DNA of 64,000 nt from an uncultured Gammaproteobacteria bacterium (GCA_964356225.1 CAYHGA010000003.1:266-64265); one strand, 5' to 3'. Shown: positions 50,415 to 59,976, counted from the first letter of the stretch. Made by a program: numbers and translations. The notes: a model not told the origin generated them from the letters alone.

Positions 50415-50853
50415 TTCAAAACATTCATTTCAAATATTGGTCAATGGAGTTGTTTTTAAGGGCGATAGAGTGTTGATATCCCAGCGTTCTTGGGAGGAAG
50501 AACATATGCCCGGGCGCTGGACCATCCCGGGAGGCAAAGTTGACCATGCGGACGATGACATCTTCGATGTATTACAGAAAACACTGCAAAAAGAAGTTTT
50601 AGAAGAGACGGGAGTACAAACCACGAAAGAAATGGAGTTTGTGACGAACAATAGCTACACCAAAGAAAATGGCCAGCACGTCGTGGCGATTATCTTTAAA
50701 TGCCATTACAAATCCGGCCAACCAAAACCTCTGGAAGATACGATTGATTGCAAGTGGTCAACGATTGACGAAGTCAAAACCACCGATTTTCCACCCAATG
50801 TTAAAGAATACATCTTAGCCGCATCACAAACTATATCCTCGGCCACTAATTGA
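50404..50853 (+). CDS. NUDIX hydrolase
   Basis: Nudix box GGKVDHADDDIFDVLQKTLQKEVLEETG. Confidence 0.75.
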   Translation: MADTSKHSFQILVNGVVFKGDRVLISQRSWEEEHMPGRWTIPGGKVDHADDDIFDVLQKTLQKEVLEETGVQTTKEMEFVTNNSYTKENGQHVVAIIFKCHYKSGQPKPLEDTIDCKWSTIDEVKTTDFPPNVKEYILAASQTISSATN

Positions 50854-51179
50854 CCCGCTAATAAAGGAGCACCATTTTCAACAGCCAAATCGTGGGTCAA
50901 GCATCGAACGATGTCCGAACCCAACATTATCAAGCTAACTGGTCAATTATACGATTATTTTATTTCTTTAGACAACTCAAAAGAAATTTTGCAACTGAGG
51001 CCGATGTTGTTACCAAATTGGAATATTACCTAAAAGTCTCGGACCTACATAATCTGACTGACGGTGCTGACTAAATAAAACTAGAAATACTTTTTATCTC
51101 GCAACCTCAAAGAGATTAGTCAAATACTATCTAACCTGAGATTCCTCTCTCATGCCCACACATGACACATCGTAGAGTT

Positions 51180-52022
51180 TCAGATTTCAAGATATGTTAG
51201 AAACTTATATCCAAAACGTGTTATTAAGTAATCCGATGCTCCTCCAATAGATGCGCCTGTCACTTTTAACCTAAATACACCCAGATTAAGAAGCTCACTC
51301 GTGGCTTCAGACGCTTTATTCCTTTCATCGCTTTCAAGATTTCTCGCCCTGTTTAATAAATCACTAGGCCAGCCTTCATTTTTGGGGACTCCAAACTTTT
51401 CTTTCACCTTCTCTGAATTAGTATCAAAATTTGTTTTAAGCCAGAGATCCAGCGGTTGCCAAACTGATTTGCTATGACGGTAGTAATCCCTCCACCAGTC
51501 TATGCTCCTATCCGAATTAGGATTAACCTTTTCTAACTCAAGCTCAATTTCCCCGTCCATCCCAGGAATCACCTCTCTTTTTATGATTGCTAACAGTTCC
51601 AGAGCGTCTAATGAAATCTCTGCCAATGCGCTGTTAAGTCGCTCTAGTTCAAAATCTTCTTTATCTGGATGATTTGTGAATCCTAGAAAAATATCTCTTT
51701 GAATTTTTCGTTTTTTCTCTAATCTTTGCTTCAGATATTGATCCATAAATATCAAAAACCCACCCTTAAACTCCTCACTTTGTACCATTTCAGATCTAAA
51801 CTCATTTGGATGATCATGAATAAAAGTAGTTACTTCTGTCACTCTTTCTTGGTTAAGAGCCATAAATACACCGTAAAGCCCAACGGCTGAATAAAAACAT
51901 AGTTCCCAGTAGGGGTGTAACAGTAAAAATGGTGTGATAGCTGCCGTGAAGTAAGGTATGTTGCCTTGTATTGCTGCGTTTAATCCGGACTTAAATGCCT
52001 TAGTAATAGTATTTCTATCCAT
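51180..52022 (-). CDS. hypothetical membrane-anchored protein (AT-rich gene)
   Basis: An N-terminal hydrophobic segment (FTAAITPFLLLHPYWELCFYSAVGLYGVFMAL) followed by a charged soluble domain. The third gene of a minus-strand operon. Confidence 0.45.
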   Translation of the reverse strand: MDRNTITKAFKSGLNAAIQGNIPYFTAAITPFLLLHPYWELCFYSAVGLYGVFMALNQERVTEVTTFIHDHPNEFRSEMVQSEEFKGGFLIFMDQYLKQRLEKKRKIQRDIFLGFTNHPDKEDFELERLNSALAEISLDALELLAIIKREVIPGMDGEIELELEKVNPNSDRSIDWWRDYYRHSKSVWQPLDLWLKTNFDTNSEKVKEKFGVPKNEGWPSDLLNRARNLESDERNKASEATSELLNLGVFRLKVTGASIGGASDYLITRFGYKFLTYLEI

Positions 52023-52044
52023 GGTAAAGATTATATCTTAGTTG

Positions 52045-52854
52045 TTAAATAATATTGGTATTTTTTCTCCCTTTGAGTCTTTCATCCTTTCCCACTGCTT
52101 GGTCTTTTACCCTTTTATACTTTTCGGCTTGCATAATAGCTAATTTTAATCTGTTATTTTCCTTTTCAAAAGATTGTAGATCAGTTACAAAATTTGGAGA
52201 GAAAGTTATGCGATTATATTTCAAATTTACTCCGTAAAATAAGTCCAATAAACCCATTATTATATTTGCTAAGGACCACAAATCTCCTTTGAGGATAAAT
52301 TTATTTTCCAGGTCAAAGAAAGGAGTTTCTAAACGCACAAGATTTCCAACATTCGTATATTTGAAAGTCCTATGAGTATCTACAAGGTTTGAGTGACTAG
52401 AAAGTTGCATTTGGTCTTTCATGGCTTTTATTGCTTGGGAACCTTTTGAATAATATTTCTCTAACCAATCATATCTCTTCTTCTTAAGTTTTTCGGGAAC
52501 GTCCATTAAACCTTCTGATGTGGTTAAAACAAAGTCTTCTGGTTCAGGATTCGCCAATGCATACGAAGCACTTACTCCAGACTCTAAAATCTGCCGTAGA
52601 TTCATAACAGTTTGTACATGATGACGTCTGATTGTGGAGAGAAGAGCTAACATATGATGTTTTCTAATATGAGCCAGAAAAGAAATAAAAAGCCAGCCTT
52701 CATTTTTCACCCCTGAAACGAAAAACTGAAGTAATTTAACTGATTGAAGAGCGTGTGAAAAGAACTCTCCATAATCTTTTGAGGCATCAATTAGAAGTTG
52801 GTGTTCACTATTTATTATTTCCATTAAATTTGATTGCTCGATTATCTTCTTCAT
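52045..52854 (-). CDS. hypothetical cytoplasmic protein (AT-rich gene)
   Basis: 269 aa with no known motifs. Its start overlaps the stop of the upstream nuclease gene by 4 nt. Confidence 0.45.
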   Translation of the reverse strand: MKKIIEQSNLMEIINSEHQLLIDASKDYGEFFSHALQSVKLLQFFVSGVKNEGWLFISFLAHIRKHHMLALLSTIRRHHVQTVMNLRQILESGVSASYALANPEPEDFVLTTSEGLMDVPEKLKKKRYDWLEKYYSKGSQAIKAMKDQMQLSSHSNLVDTHRTFKYTNVGNLVRLETPFFDLENKFILKGDLWSLANIIMGLLDLFYGVNLKYNRITFSPNFVTDLQSFEKENNRLKLAIMQAEKYKRVKDQAVGKDERLKGRKNTNII

Positions 52855-52857
52855 ATC

Positions 52858-53631
52858 TTATTGACACTGAGAGTCACAGGCCGTTCCATCACCATCAGCA
52901 TCTCTTCTGGAACAGCCACAAGTATTTAATTGATATTGAGCTTCGTCACAAGACATATTTGCACAGGTCTTGGAGCAGTTACAGGCCCATGATCCATCTG
53001 CATTTTGGGCAGGTGGAGCAATAGTCGTTTTAGGTGTGGGGGTAGGAATACTGGCACAAGTTAAACCCCACAGGCCTCTCTGATTGTCTCTAGCATCTTG
53101 TTGGGCAACTATAAACCTTTCCTGATACTTAATATCCGGTGGATATGAAGAAGATTGTGCATAACCTTCTTTGACAAGCAATTCGTTTATTAGTACATCA
53201 CCTTTCCAAACATATCTAAGTAAACGTTTGTATTTATCAGTCTCAGAGACATCCTTTTCTAATCTAACTTTTTGACCTTCTATGAGTTCAGTTGTTTTTG
53301 CTGAGGCTTCTTTGCCGTAGCACTGTATTGGTTTACTGGGGTGAACTGTCTCTGGAGTATCCATGCCAATCATGCGAACCACTTTGCCTCCTTCGATAGT
53401 AAATGTATCCCCATCAATAACATTAGTGACTACTGTGTCGGTAAATAAAGAATCCAACGATGTGGGTGTAGGTGAAGGGACTTGAATTTCGACTGCTTGT
53501 GGCGAAGGCGTGGGTGATATTTGATTATTCTTCTTATTTGAAGAACCACCAAAAATACCAACCAGAACCATTAAGACCATAAAACCAAAAATAAACAAAA
53601 TAATCTTTTTCATTTGAATCAGATTATACAT
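52858..53631 (-). CDS. secreted thermonuclease (SNase-like) with C-terminal Excalibur Ca-binding domain
   Basis: Signal/anchor MKKIILFIFGFMVLMVLVG, SNase motifs GDTFTI..VRMIGMDTPE and a Cys-rich C-terminus with DADGDGTACD (DxDxDGxxC). Confidence 0.7.
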   Translation of the reverse strand: MYNLIQMKKIILFIFGFMVLMVLVGIFGGSSNKKNNQISPTPSPQAVEIQVPSPTPTSLDSLFTDTVVTNVIDGDTFTIEGGKVVRMIGMDTPETVHPSKPIQCYGKEASAKTTELIEGQKVRLEKDVSETDKYKRLLRYVWKGDVLINELLVKEGYAQSSSYPPDIKYQERFIVAQQDARDNQRGLWGLTCASIPTPTPKTTIAPPAQNADGSWACNCSKTCANMSCDEAQYQLNTCGCSRRDADGDGTACDSQCQ

Positions 53632-53668
53632 CTAGGCCTAAAATAAATTACGGCTATAATCAAGACTG

Positions 53669-54829
53669 ATGGCACTCAAAAATCCAATCCTTTGTGGTAT
53701 TGATATTGGTTCTTCTAAAATTGCTTTAATCGTGTCAGTCATGGAGAATGGCCGGATTAGTGTGTTGGGAGTAGCCACAATGCCTTCTAAAGGCATTAAG
53801 AAAGGTCAGATCGTAGATATTGATGGTACTGCAGATGTGGTTAAGGAGTGCTTAAAAGCAGCTGAAAGAATGTCTGGACACACAATAAATTCAGCCTTTG
53901 TATCAATCGGGGGATCACACATCGAAAGTACCAACACCCACGCCGTAGTAGCCATATCTCCTGATCACGATATAAACGATAAGGATTTGGAAAGATTAAA
54001 CGAAATTGCCAAGGCAGTAGCTTTACCCTCCTCAAGGGAAATATTGCACACTTTACCGATAAGCTACACCATAGACGGCCAAACAGGAATAAAGAATCCT
54101 CTGGAAATGTCTGGCTCGAGATTGGAAGTTGTCACCCACATCGTTAGCGGATCAAGTGTAGCCATCAGTAATTTGACTAAATGTATGGAAAAGGTAGGAG
54201 TAAATATCGAAAGAATAGTTTTTGCAGGTGTTGCTTCTGCCGAGGCCATTTTGACGGAGACCGAAAAAGAGCTAGGCGTGGTGTTGATTGATTTGGGAGC
54301 TGAAACTGTAGATATTGTAATAATTTACGAAGGAGCTGTAGTCTATTCTGCAGTAACACCTATAGGCACTAAATATATTACCAATGACATTGCCATTGGA
54401 CTAAAAATCTCTATGGAATCAGCCGAGTCAATTAAGCGGGAAGCCGTTGATCCCACTCTAAAAAGCGATGAAAACATGATAATCAAAGCCAGAGTAAAAG
54501 AAATTTTAGAACTGGTAAATAAAGAGATCAAGAGAAGTAAGTATGGGCTTCAGGTTCCTTTGGGTGTAGTTGTCTGTGGCGGTGGATCTTTGACAGTGGG
54601 CTTAATTGACCAAATAAGACGCATATTGGCTTTTCCAGCCAGAATAGGCAAGGTAGAAGGTTGGAGTGGTTTGACTGATGAAATCGGTTCTCCTGCTTTT
54701 GCCACGGCTGCAGGTTTGATCTTGTATGGATTAAATACACAAACAGATAATACTAAAGGTTTCTCTGCCAAAACTTGGTTTGATAAGGTTACCAACTTAA
54801 TAATAAAAACAATTCGCTCGTTATTTTAA
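53669..54829 (+). CDS. ftsA: cell division protein FtsA (actin-like ATPase)
   Basis: N-terminus GIDIGSSKIALIV and full FtsA domain order, with a C-terminal amphipathic helix (KTWFDKVTNLIIKTIRSLF). No ftsZ follows. Confidence 0.75.
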   Translation: MALKNPILCGIDIGSSKIALIVSVMENGRISVLGVATMPSKGIKKGQIVDIDGTADVVKECLKAAERMSGHTINSAFVSIGGSHIESTNTHAVVAISPDHDINDKDLERLNEIAKAVALPSSREILHTLPISYTIDGQTGIKNPLEMSGSRLEVVTHIVSGSSVAISNLTKCMEKVGVNIERIVFAGVASAEAILTETEKELGVVLIDLGAETVDIVIIYEGAVVYSAVTPIGTKYITNDIAIGLKISMESAESIKREAVDPTLKSDENMIIKARVKEILELVNKEIKRSKYGLQVPLGVVVCGGGSLTVGLIDQIRRILAFPARIGKVEGWSGLTDEIGSPAFATAAGLILYGLNTQTDNTKGFSAKTWFDKVTNLIIKTIRSLF

Positions 54830-55006
54830 TAACTTTATACAAGCCGCCGCTCTATTATCACTACCCAATTTCAAACATTCCATTTTTCGTTCTTCTATAG
54901 TTCTTGGTTTTAGCTCTTTGTAAATCCTGATGCCAAAATAAGCAACAACTACCAAACAGGTTATAAAGATAATTAAGTTTAACGGTTGTCTAATAAAGTT
55001 TTTCAT
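54821..55006 (-). CDS. tiny single-TM protein
   Basis: 61 aa with one TM helix. The last of four overlapping small genes. Confidence 0.35.
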   Translation of the reverse strand: MKNFIRQPLNLIIFITCLVVVAYFGIRIYKELKPRTIEERKMECLKLGSDNRAAACIKLLK

Positions 55007-55009
55007 AAT

Positions 55010-55231
55010 TTATAGTCCTTTCTCATGCAAGCATTTCTTATATGCATAATCATAACAGTCTTCACGCCTACAACTTGCTCGTTCTCCCCATTGTACAGCC
55101 CAATTACAGTAAGACCTTGTTCTTACCGGACGCCACTGGAACCAATAGAACCAACTAGCCATTAAAAACAGACCAAGTAAAATCAATAATATTTTCTGTT
55201 TATTTTCCTTAATCATATTTATTTTTGCCAT
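55010..55231 (-). CDS. tiny single-TM Cys-rich protein
   Basis: 73 aa with a TM helix and four Cys. Confidence 0.35.
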   Translation of the reverse strand: MAKINMIKENKQKILLILLGLFLMASWFYWFQWRPVRTRSYCNWAVQWGERASCRREDCYDYAYKKCLHEKGL

Positions 55232-55638
55232 CTTCCTTCAATTTTTGCTTCAGTACAATTATTAATAAAGCCTTCTCCAAAAGATTGAAGTTCTTTATTT
55301 TGCAACATGTTGTTTGTACATAATTCTGTCAAACAAGATCTTACGGCGTCAAAAAAAGATTCTTCATTCTTATTTGCTATTGCTATACACTCAGTACGAG
55401 CCCTGTTCCATGTGTCTTGTGTTATTTTTTGGCTTTCTCGAAAATTATCTTCCCGTTCTTTTATTAGTTTATCATTCTTTGCAACAGAATCCTTTTCTTT
55501 TTGATATTCAAATATTTGTTTTTCTAGTATTAATTGAGCACTCTCTTTTTTTGGAACGAGTATTACAAAATAGTAAGCAATAGACAGAGATGCAATTAAG
55601 ATAGAAATTCCTAAAAGGATAAGCAAAATCTTTTTCAT
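55219..55638 (-). CDS. small TM + coiled-coil protein
   Basis: 139 aa with an N-terminal TM helix and a charged coiled-coil-like tail. Confidence 0.4.
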   Translation of the reverse strand: MKKILLILLGISILIASLSIAYYFVILVPKKESAQLILEKQIFEYQKEKDSVAKNDKLIKEREDNFRESQKITQDTWNRARTECIAIANKNEESFFDAVRSCLTELCTNNMLQNKELQSFGEGFINNCTEAKIEGRWQK

Positions 55639-56222
55639 ATATTATCAAGGGTCTTTACTTTTTCCCATTGGTCAAATCCATTAAAAATCATCTGCCCTCC
55701 CCAAAGAAAACCGCCAATCCAGATAATCGGTAAACCAAGATATATTGTTAGCCCTCCTAACCCGATTATTGATGTCCCTATGAAAATTTTGGGCCAAGGA
55801 TTAAAGGATCTAAAATTCAATTCTTGGCCACATTTATTGCAATTATTTATTACTCCTATATTTTGACGACTAAATACAAGTTTGCAGTTTGTACAATATA
55901 GCCGAAGGTATTTATTTCCTTTTAGATTTATCTCTTGCATAATCTTGCTAAATGACGCCACATCATTGTTCTCAACTATATCAATCATCGTTTCAATATC
56001 CTCTTCGCTCATATCAGGAGTAACTTTACGTAAGTTTTTTCTGGCCTCTTCTCGTGTGATTCCTATTTTTAATTTATCGACATCCATACAATTTTTGGTT
56101 AAAGGAAAACAAAAAGCTCCCCACCAGTGGCGGCCTCTCAGCCACCCACATCTCTTTCGAGACGTGACCTCAGTGAGAAGCTCTGATGAGGAGCTTTTAC
56201 TCACTGAGGATTTCTGTACCAT
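55635..56222 (-). CDS. zinc-ribbon (CxxC...CxxC) + C-terminal TM protein
   Basis: CTNCK...CNKCGQ followed by a TM helix. The likely real start is the internal Met (MDVDKLKIG) near 56087. Confidence 0.4.
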   Translation of the reverse strand: MVQKSSVSKSSSSELLTEVTSRKRCGWLRGRHWWGAFCFPLTKNCMDVDKLKIGITREEARKNLRKVTPDMSEEDIETMIDIVENNDVASFSKIMQEINLKGNKYLRLYCTNCKLVFSRQNIGVINNCNKCGQELNFRSFNPWPKIFIGTSIIGLGGLTIYLGLPIIWIGGFLWGGQMIFNGFDQWEKVKTLDNI

Positions 56223-56318
56223 GCCTAAAAGTTTGCACCTCTAGGTTTAGGCAACTATTGAAAGTTTAGCATATTTCGAAATTTGCCTTGTGATATTTTG
56301 CGTTTGTAAAATTGGATC

Positions 56319-56645
56319 ATGGTCAAAGAAGATAAAACAGCTCTACTCAAGAAAAGATTCATTGAATACTTTTGTGAATTGCCGGTGCAGAAACTGGCCG
56401 GGGCTTGGATTGGAAAAGATGAGGACACGATTTCCCAATGGAAGAAGAAAGATGCGGATTTTGCGGACCAAATCGGCAAGGCTAAGGCAAACTGGGCAAT
56501 GAAACACTCAAAAGCGATTAAATCCGATGAATGGCTACTCGAACGAATTATGAAGGATCACTTCGCTTCCCGCAACGAACTTGTCGGAGACATGACAGTT
56601 AATATTATCAGACGATCATATCTTGAAAATATAAATGGAGAATGA
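56319..56645 (+). CDS. small DNA-binding protein, terminase small-subunit-like
   Basis: 108 aa, placed immediately upstream of and overlapping terL. No firm motif. Confidence 0.35.
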   Translation: MVKEDKTALLKKRFIEYFCELPVQKLAGAWIGKDEDTISQWKKKDADFADQIGKAKANWAMKHSKAIKSDEWLLERIMKDHFASRNELVGDMTVNIIRRSYLENINGE

Positions 56646-57993
56646 AATTCCGTATCATTTCAAAGCCAGGGATTATCAAATTCCCTTTTTAAGGGAAGTC
56701 GAAAAGGCTGTTGAGGGTAAAAGTGATAAACGATATTTTATGCAGATTTGGCATAGGCGATCTGGTAAAGACAAGGTCAATATAGCCGATATTGTCCCCG
56801 GAAGACTCATCAAAGATCCAATCCTCGTTAAATTCGTCTATCCGACTTTAGTAATGGGTCGAGATAACCTCTGGGAAGGCATAGGCAGTGACGGTTTCAA
56901 GTTCATTGACCATATTCCGGAATTTATTCGGGCCGGCCAGGCTAATCAGTCCCGCATGACCATTCCCATTATAAAAGGTTCAATCTTTCAAATTGCCGGC
57001 ACGGACAATCCCGACTCGCTTAGAGGTGGCAATGCAAAGATGTATGTTTTCTCCGAATGGAGTGAGCATGACCCCTACGCTTGGGACGTGGTAGAACCGA
57101 TTCTTCGGGAAAACGACGGCATTGCCATTTTTAACATGACTCCCAAAGGTGATAATCACGCCCGAGCTCTGTACGAATACGCCAAGAACAACCCTAAATG
57201 GTATGTTGAGGTTTTAACGGCCCAAGATACCAGACTATTTAGTCCAGCGCAATTAGATGAGATTCGGCAGGACATTATCAGCCGTTTTACCGCCAATGGC
57301 CGGAGCGAATCAGAAGCTTTGGCTTATTTCGATCAGGAGTATATGTGCAGCTTCACTTCTCCGGTTATTGGATCATATTATGGAGCGGCAATTCGCAAAG
57401 CCGAAGAAGAAAACCGAATAACCAGCGTTCCCCACAATTCAGGCGTGTCGGTTTCAACCTACTGGGATCTGGGTATTGATGACTCTACGACCATTTGGTT
57501 TCTGCAAACAGTTGGTCAAGAACTCCACTTAATTGATTATTACGAAAACTCCGGAGAAGGGTTGCCCCATTATGTCCAGATCATTCACGGTAAAGGTTAC
57601 ACCTATCAAAACCATTATGCTCCCCACGATATTGAAGTCAGAGAGTTGGGAAGCGGAAAATCGAGAATGGAAATTGCTAAGAGTCTGGGTATCAATTTTA
57701 AGTTATGCCCCAACCTTTCCGTCGATGACGGAATCGAAGCCGCCCGGACAATTTTCTCTCGTTGCTGGTTCGACCAGACGAAATGTGACCGGGGTATCCA
57801 AGCCCTCAAGAACTATAAGAAAGATTGGGACGAGAAGAACAAAATCTTCAGAAACAACCCGAAACATGACTGGTCGAGTCATGGGGCCGACAGCTTCCGC
57901 TATCTGGCAATCGGCTACAGGGAACCAAAGCGGTACATTCCCCAAATTGATTTTGGAGGCGTAAAACCGCTCTACCCAGACTGGTTCGCCTAG
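56635..57993 (+). CDS. terL: phage terminase large subunit
   Basis: Walker-A-like WHRRSGKDK (Terminase_6 style) and a C-terminal RNaseH-like nuclease region (YWDLGIDDSTTIW...DSFRYLAIG). Confidence 0.7.
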   Translation: MENEIPYHFKARDYQIPFLREVEKAVEGKSDKRYFMQIWHRRSGKDKVNIADIVPGRLIKDPILVKFVYPTLVMGRDNLWEGIGSDGFKFIDHIPEFIRAGQANQSRMTIPIIKGSIFQIAGTDNPDSLRGGNAKMYVFSEWSEHDPYAWDVVEPILRENDGIAIFNMTPKGDNHARALYEYAKNNPKWYVEVLTAQDTRLFSPAQLDEIRQDIISRFTANGRSESEALAYFDQEYMCSFTSPVIGSYYGAAIRKAEEENRITSVPHNSGVSVSTYWDLGIDDSTTIWFLQTVGQELHLIDYYENSGEGLPHYVQIIHGKGYTYQNHYAPHDIEVRELGSGKSRMEIAKSLGINFKLCPNLSVDDGIEAARTIFSRCWFDQTKCDRGIQALKNYKKDWDEKNKIFRNNPKHDWSSHGADSFRYLAIGYREPKRYIPQIDFGGVKPLYPDWFA

Positions 57994-58052
57994 AGGTAAC
58001 AATTTAACAGTCTAAACGCTTATAATAGGCTCAATTAACTATTAAGATTAAA

Positions 58053-58874
58053 ATGAAAAAAAGTAAGATCGCGAAATCTCAGACTAGCGTTACGGAAGAA
58101 GTATATTATCCCACGGTTATCCCCGATAAAAGTGATGAACTGGACAGAATAAGTCGAGAGATGCAAATCCGTGATAGGGATAAAAGAGAAGCTGAAAAAA
58201 AACACAAAGAACTTCTACGCCAACAAAGAATAGTAAATACCACTGAAAATAAATACCTTCACACTATTAATCTTCTCCTGGATAGGGCAGAACAAAAAAA
58301 GATAAAAAACACTATTGATAGCAATTCAACTGGGACCGGCTTTTCAGTTAAATGGGAGTTCTTTAATTTCGAGGATAACAATATGTTGAAAAATTTTCTC
58401 AATGAATTAAAGAGCAAAGGTTGCTTTGATTGGCAAGTTAACCCCTTTATGCCCGCTCATGTGGCAGAGTTTATATTCACTAATGTAAATTCTGAAGCAC
58501 TCTCAAAAGAAAAAGTAACCAAAGAAGTCATTCGCTTTGTACCGGGAGAAATCGTACTTTACAACAAGGGAGTTGTTTACTTTAAGCAAGGAGATGGTTT
58601 ACCAGCCTCCATTGATTTTTCTACAGCCCCATGTGAGCAAAAGACAGTGGACGCCCTTATGGAATTAAGGGCAGAAAAACTGGGACAAACTAGTTTTACG
58701 CCTAAAGATATTTTGGACAAATACAGCAAACTACATAAAAAACCTATTACCTTGCGTGACATCGCTATCTCTATTTCAAACATTCAAAAAAGGGTGAGAA
58801 TAAAAGCTCTTGAGAGCCGATTTAATATAGGCTACGATAAAAAAACAAAGACGAGAGTTTTTCAGCTTTCCTAG
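58053..58874 (+). CDS. hypothetical protein (island cargo)
   Basis: 273 aa with a charged N-terminus. No motif recognised. Confidence 0.4.
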   Translation: MKKSKIAKSQTSVTEEVYYPTVIPDKSDELDRISREMQIRDRDKREAEKKHKELLRQQRIVNTTENKYLHTINLLLDRAEQKKIKNTIDSNSTGTGFSVKWEFFNFEDNNMLKNFLNELKSKGCFDWQVNPFMPAHVAEFIFTNVNSEALSKEKVTKEVIRFVPGEIVLYNKGVVYFKQGDGLPASIDFSTAPCEQKTVDALMELRAEKLGQTSFTPKDILDKYSKLHKKPITLRDIAISISNIQKRVRIKALESRFNIGYDKKTKTRVFQLS

Positions 58875-58974
58875 GCTCCATCTCTTACATATTACGTGTA
58901 TTACGCAGATTAGACAGCTTTAGCTTCGAATTTGGTCTATTGACTCGTTCCCGTAATCTAGCGATTGTCGTCTC

Positions 58975-59235
58975 ATGACAAGATTACAAGAAGATAAAAT
59001 CTTCGCTTCGCAGGAGCTTTCATTAGTAGCCGCTTTGGTTTCTTGGGGGTTCCCAATTTTTTCTGTTGAAAGATCCGACCCCAAACGTATTATCTTTGCG
59101 TTTGATAACTCCCCTGAACTCCAAGATGCGGTGCAGGACTTTTGGGATGACTCTGGAGTAGTTTCGCCCAAAAAGTATTTCAGTGCGCTTCGAGAAATTA
59201 AATCAAGAATCTATGGAGGTGGCAATGTTGCTTAA
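58975..59235 (+). CDS. hypothetical small protein
   Basis: 86-aa ORF. Confidence 0.3.
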   Translation: MTRLQEDKIFASQELSLVAALVSWGFPIFSVERSDPKRIIFAFDNSPELQDAVQDFWDDSGVVSPKKYFSALREIKSRIYGGGNVA

Positions 59236-59461
59236 TAAGGCTTCAGTCATACACCAATGTTCTTCTTGTGGATCAAAGGAGCGAATCTATACTCTGAAAC
59301 TCATTTCCTCAGGCCGATCTTTCCCATACCCGATGTATATTCCCCAGATCAAAGAGCTTTGTCAGAAGTGTAATAGGTATATCCGCTTTGTCCCCCAATC
59401 GCCCGAGTTAGTTAACCGTTTTAACAACAGATTGGAGGAAGAGTGGCTCGTAAACGCATGA
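59183..59461 (+). CDS. small zinc-ribbon protein
   Basis: CSSCGS...CQKCNRY four-Cys arrangement. Confidence 0.35.
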   Translation: MRFEKLNQESMEVAMLLNKASVIHQCSSCGSKERIYTLKLISSGRSFPYPMYIPQIKELCQKCNRYIRFVPQSPELVNRFNNRLEEEWLVNA

Positions 59462-59976
59462 TCGATCCAAGTATTTGGGCTGATGAGGACTTCGGCAGGC
59501 TCTCTTCTGATGCAAAAGTGATGTTTATTGGCATGATTTCTAACGCCGATGACGAAGGAAGACTTCCCGGTGATTCCATTTATTTGAGCGCAACAATCTT
59601 TCCCTTCAATGGATTGTCCCCTCAAAAAGCATCAAGAATCTGTAAAGAAATTGAGGAAAAAATGAAATCTGCAACGTTTTTTGTTGAAAAATCGAAAAAA
59701 TACATTCAGCTCGAAAAATTCCTTATCTATCAATCAATAAACAGACCCACCCCTAGCAAGTATCCCCAGCCTCGAAAAGACGAAAAGACTCATGTAGTAC
59801 TCACTGAACAATCATTGAGGACTCATGGAGGACTCACTCCTAATAGAATAGAAGAGAATAGAAAGGAATCTCTTTCAAAAGAAAATCCACCGTATGGTGA
59901 TAATGAGTTTGAGAAAAATGCGTGGGAAGCGGCAAATGAGGTAACAGCTATCCTCAACAGAAGGAGACAAAAATGA
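59443..59976 (+). CDS. phage replisome organizer-like protein (N-terminal domain)
   Basis: MIDPSIWADEDFGRLSSDAKVMFIGMISNADDEGRL matches the phage replisome organiser N-domain pattern. Confidence 0.5.
   Translation: MARKRMIDPSIWADEDFGRLSSDAKVMFIGMISNADDEGRLPGDSIYLSATIFPFNGLSPQKASRICKEIEEKMKSATFFVEKSKKYIQLEKFLIYQSINRPTPSKYPQPRKDEKTHVVLTEQSLRTHGGLTPNRIEENRKESLSKENPPYGDNEFEKNAWEAANEVTAILNRRRQK

Noticed and set aside
50853-51180. Search for a partial tRNA-His copy (left att of the tRNA-His island) in the NUDIX-operon intergenic region
   Set aside because: Only a trivial 6-nt match (gaaccc) was found. No convincing direct repeat of the tRNA-His 3' end was seen at 50.8-51.2, 54.8 or 56.2 kb, so the left boundary of the island remains undefined.
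53669-54829. FtsA-like gene as PilM of a type IV pilus system with the downstream small TM proteins as PilN/O
   Set aside because: The small TM genes are on the opposite strand. The protein has the FtsA-specific C-terminal amphipathic helix. No PilQ or PilP-like genes are nearby.
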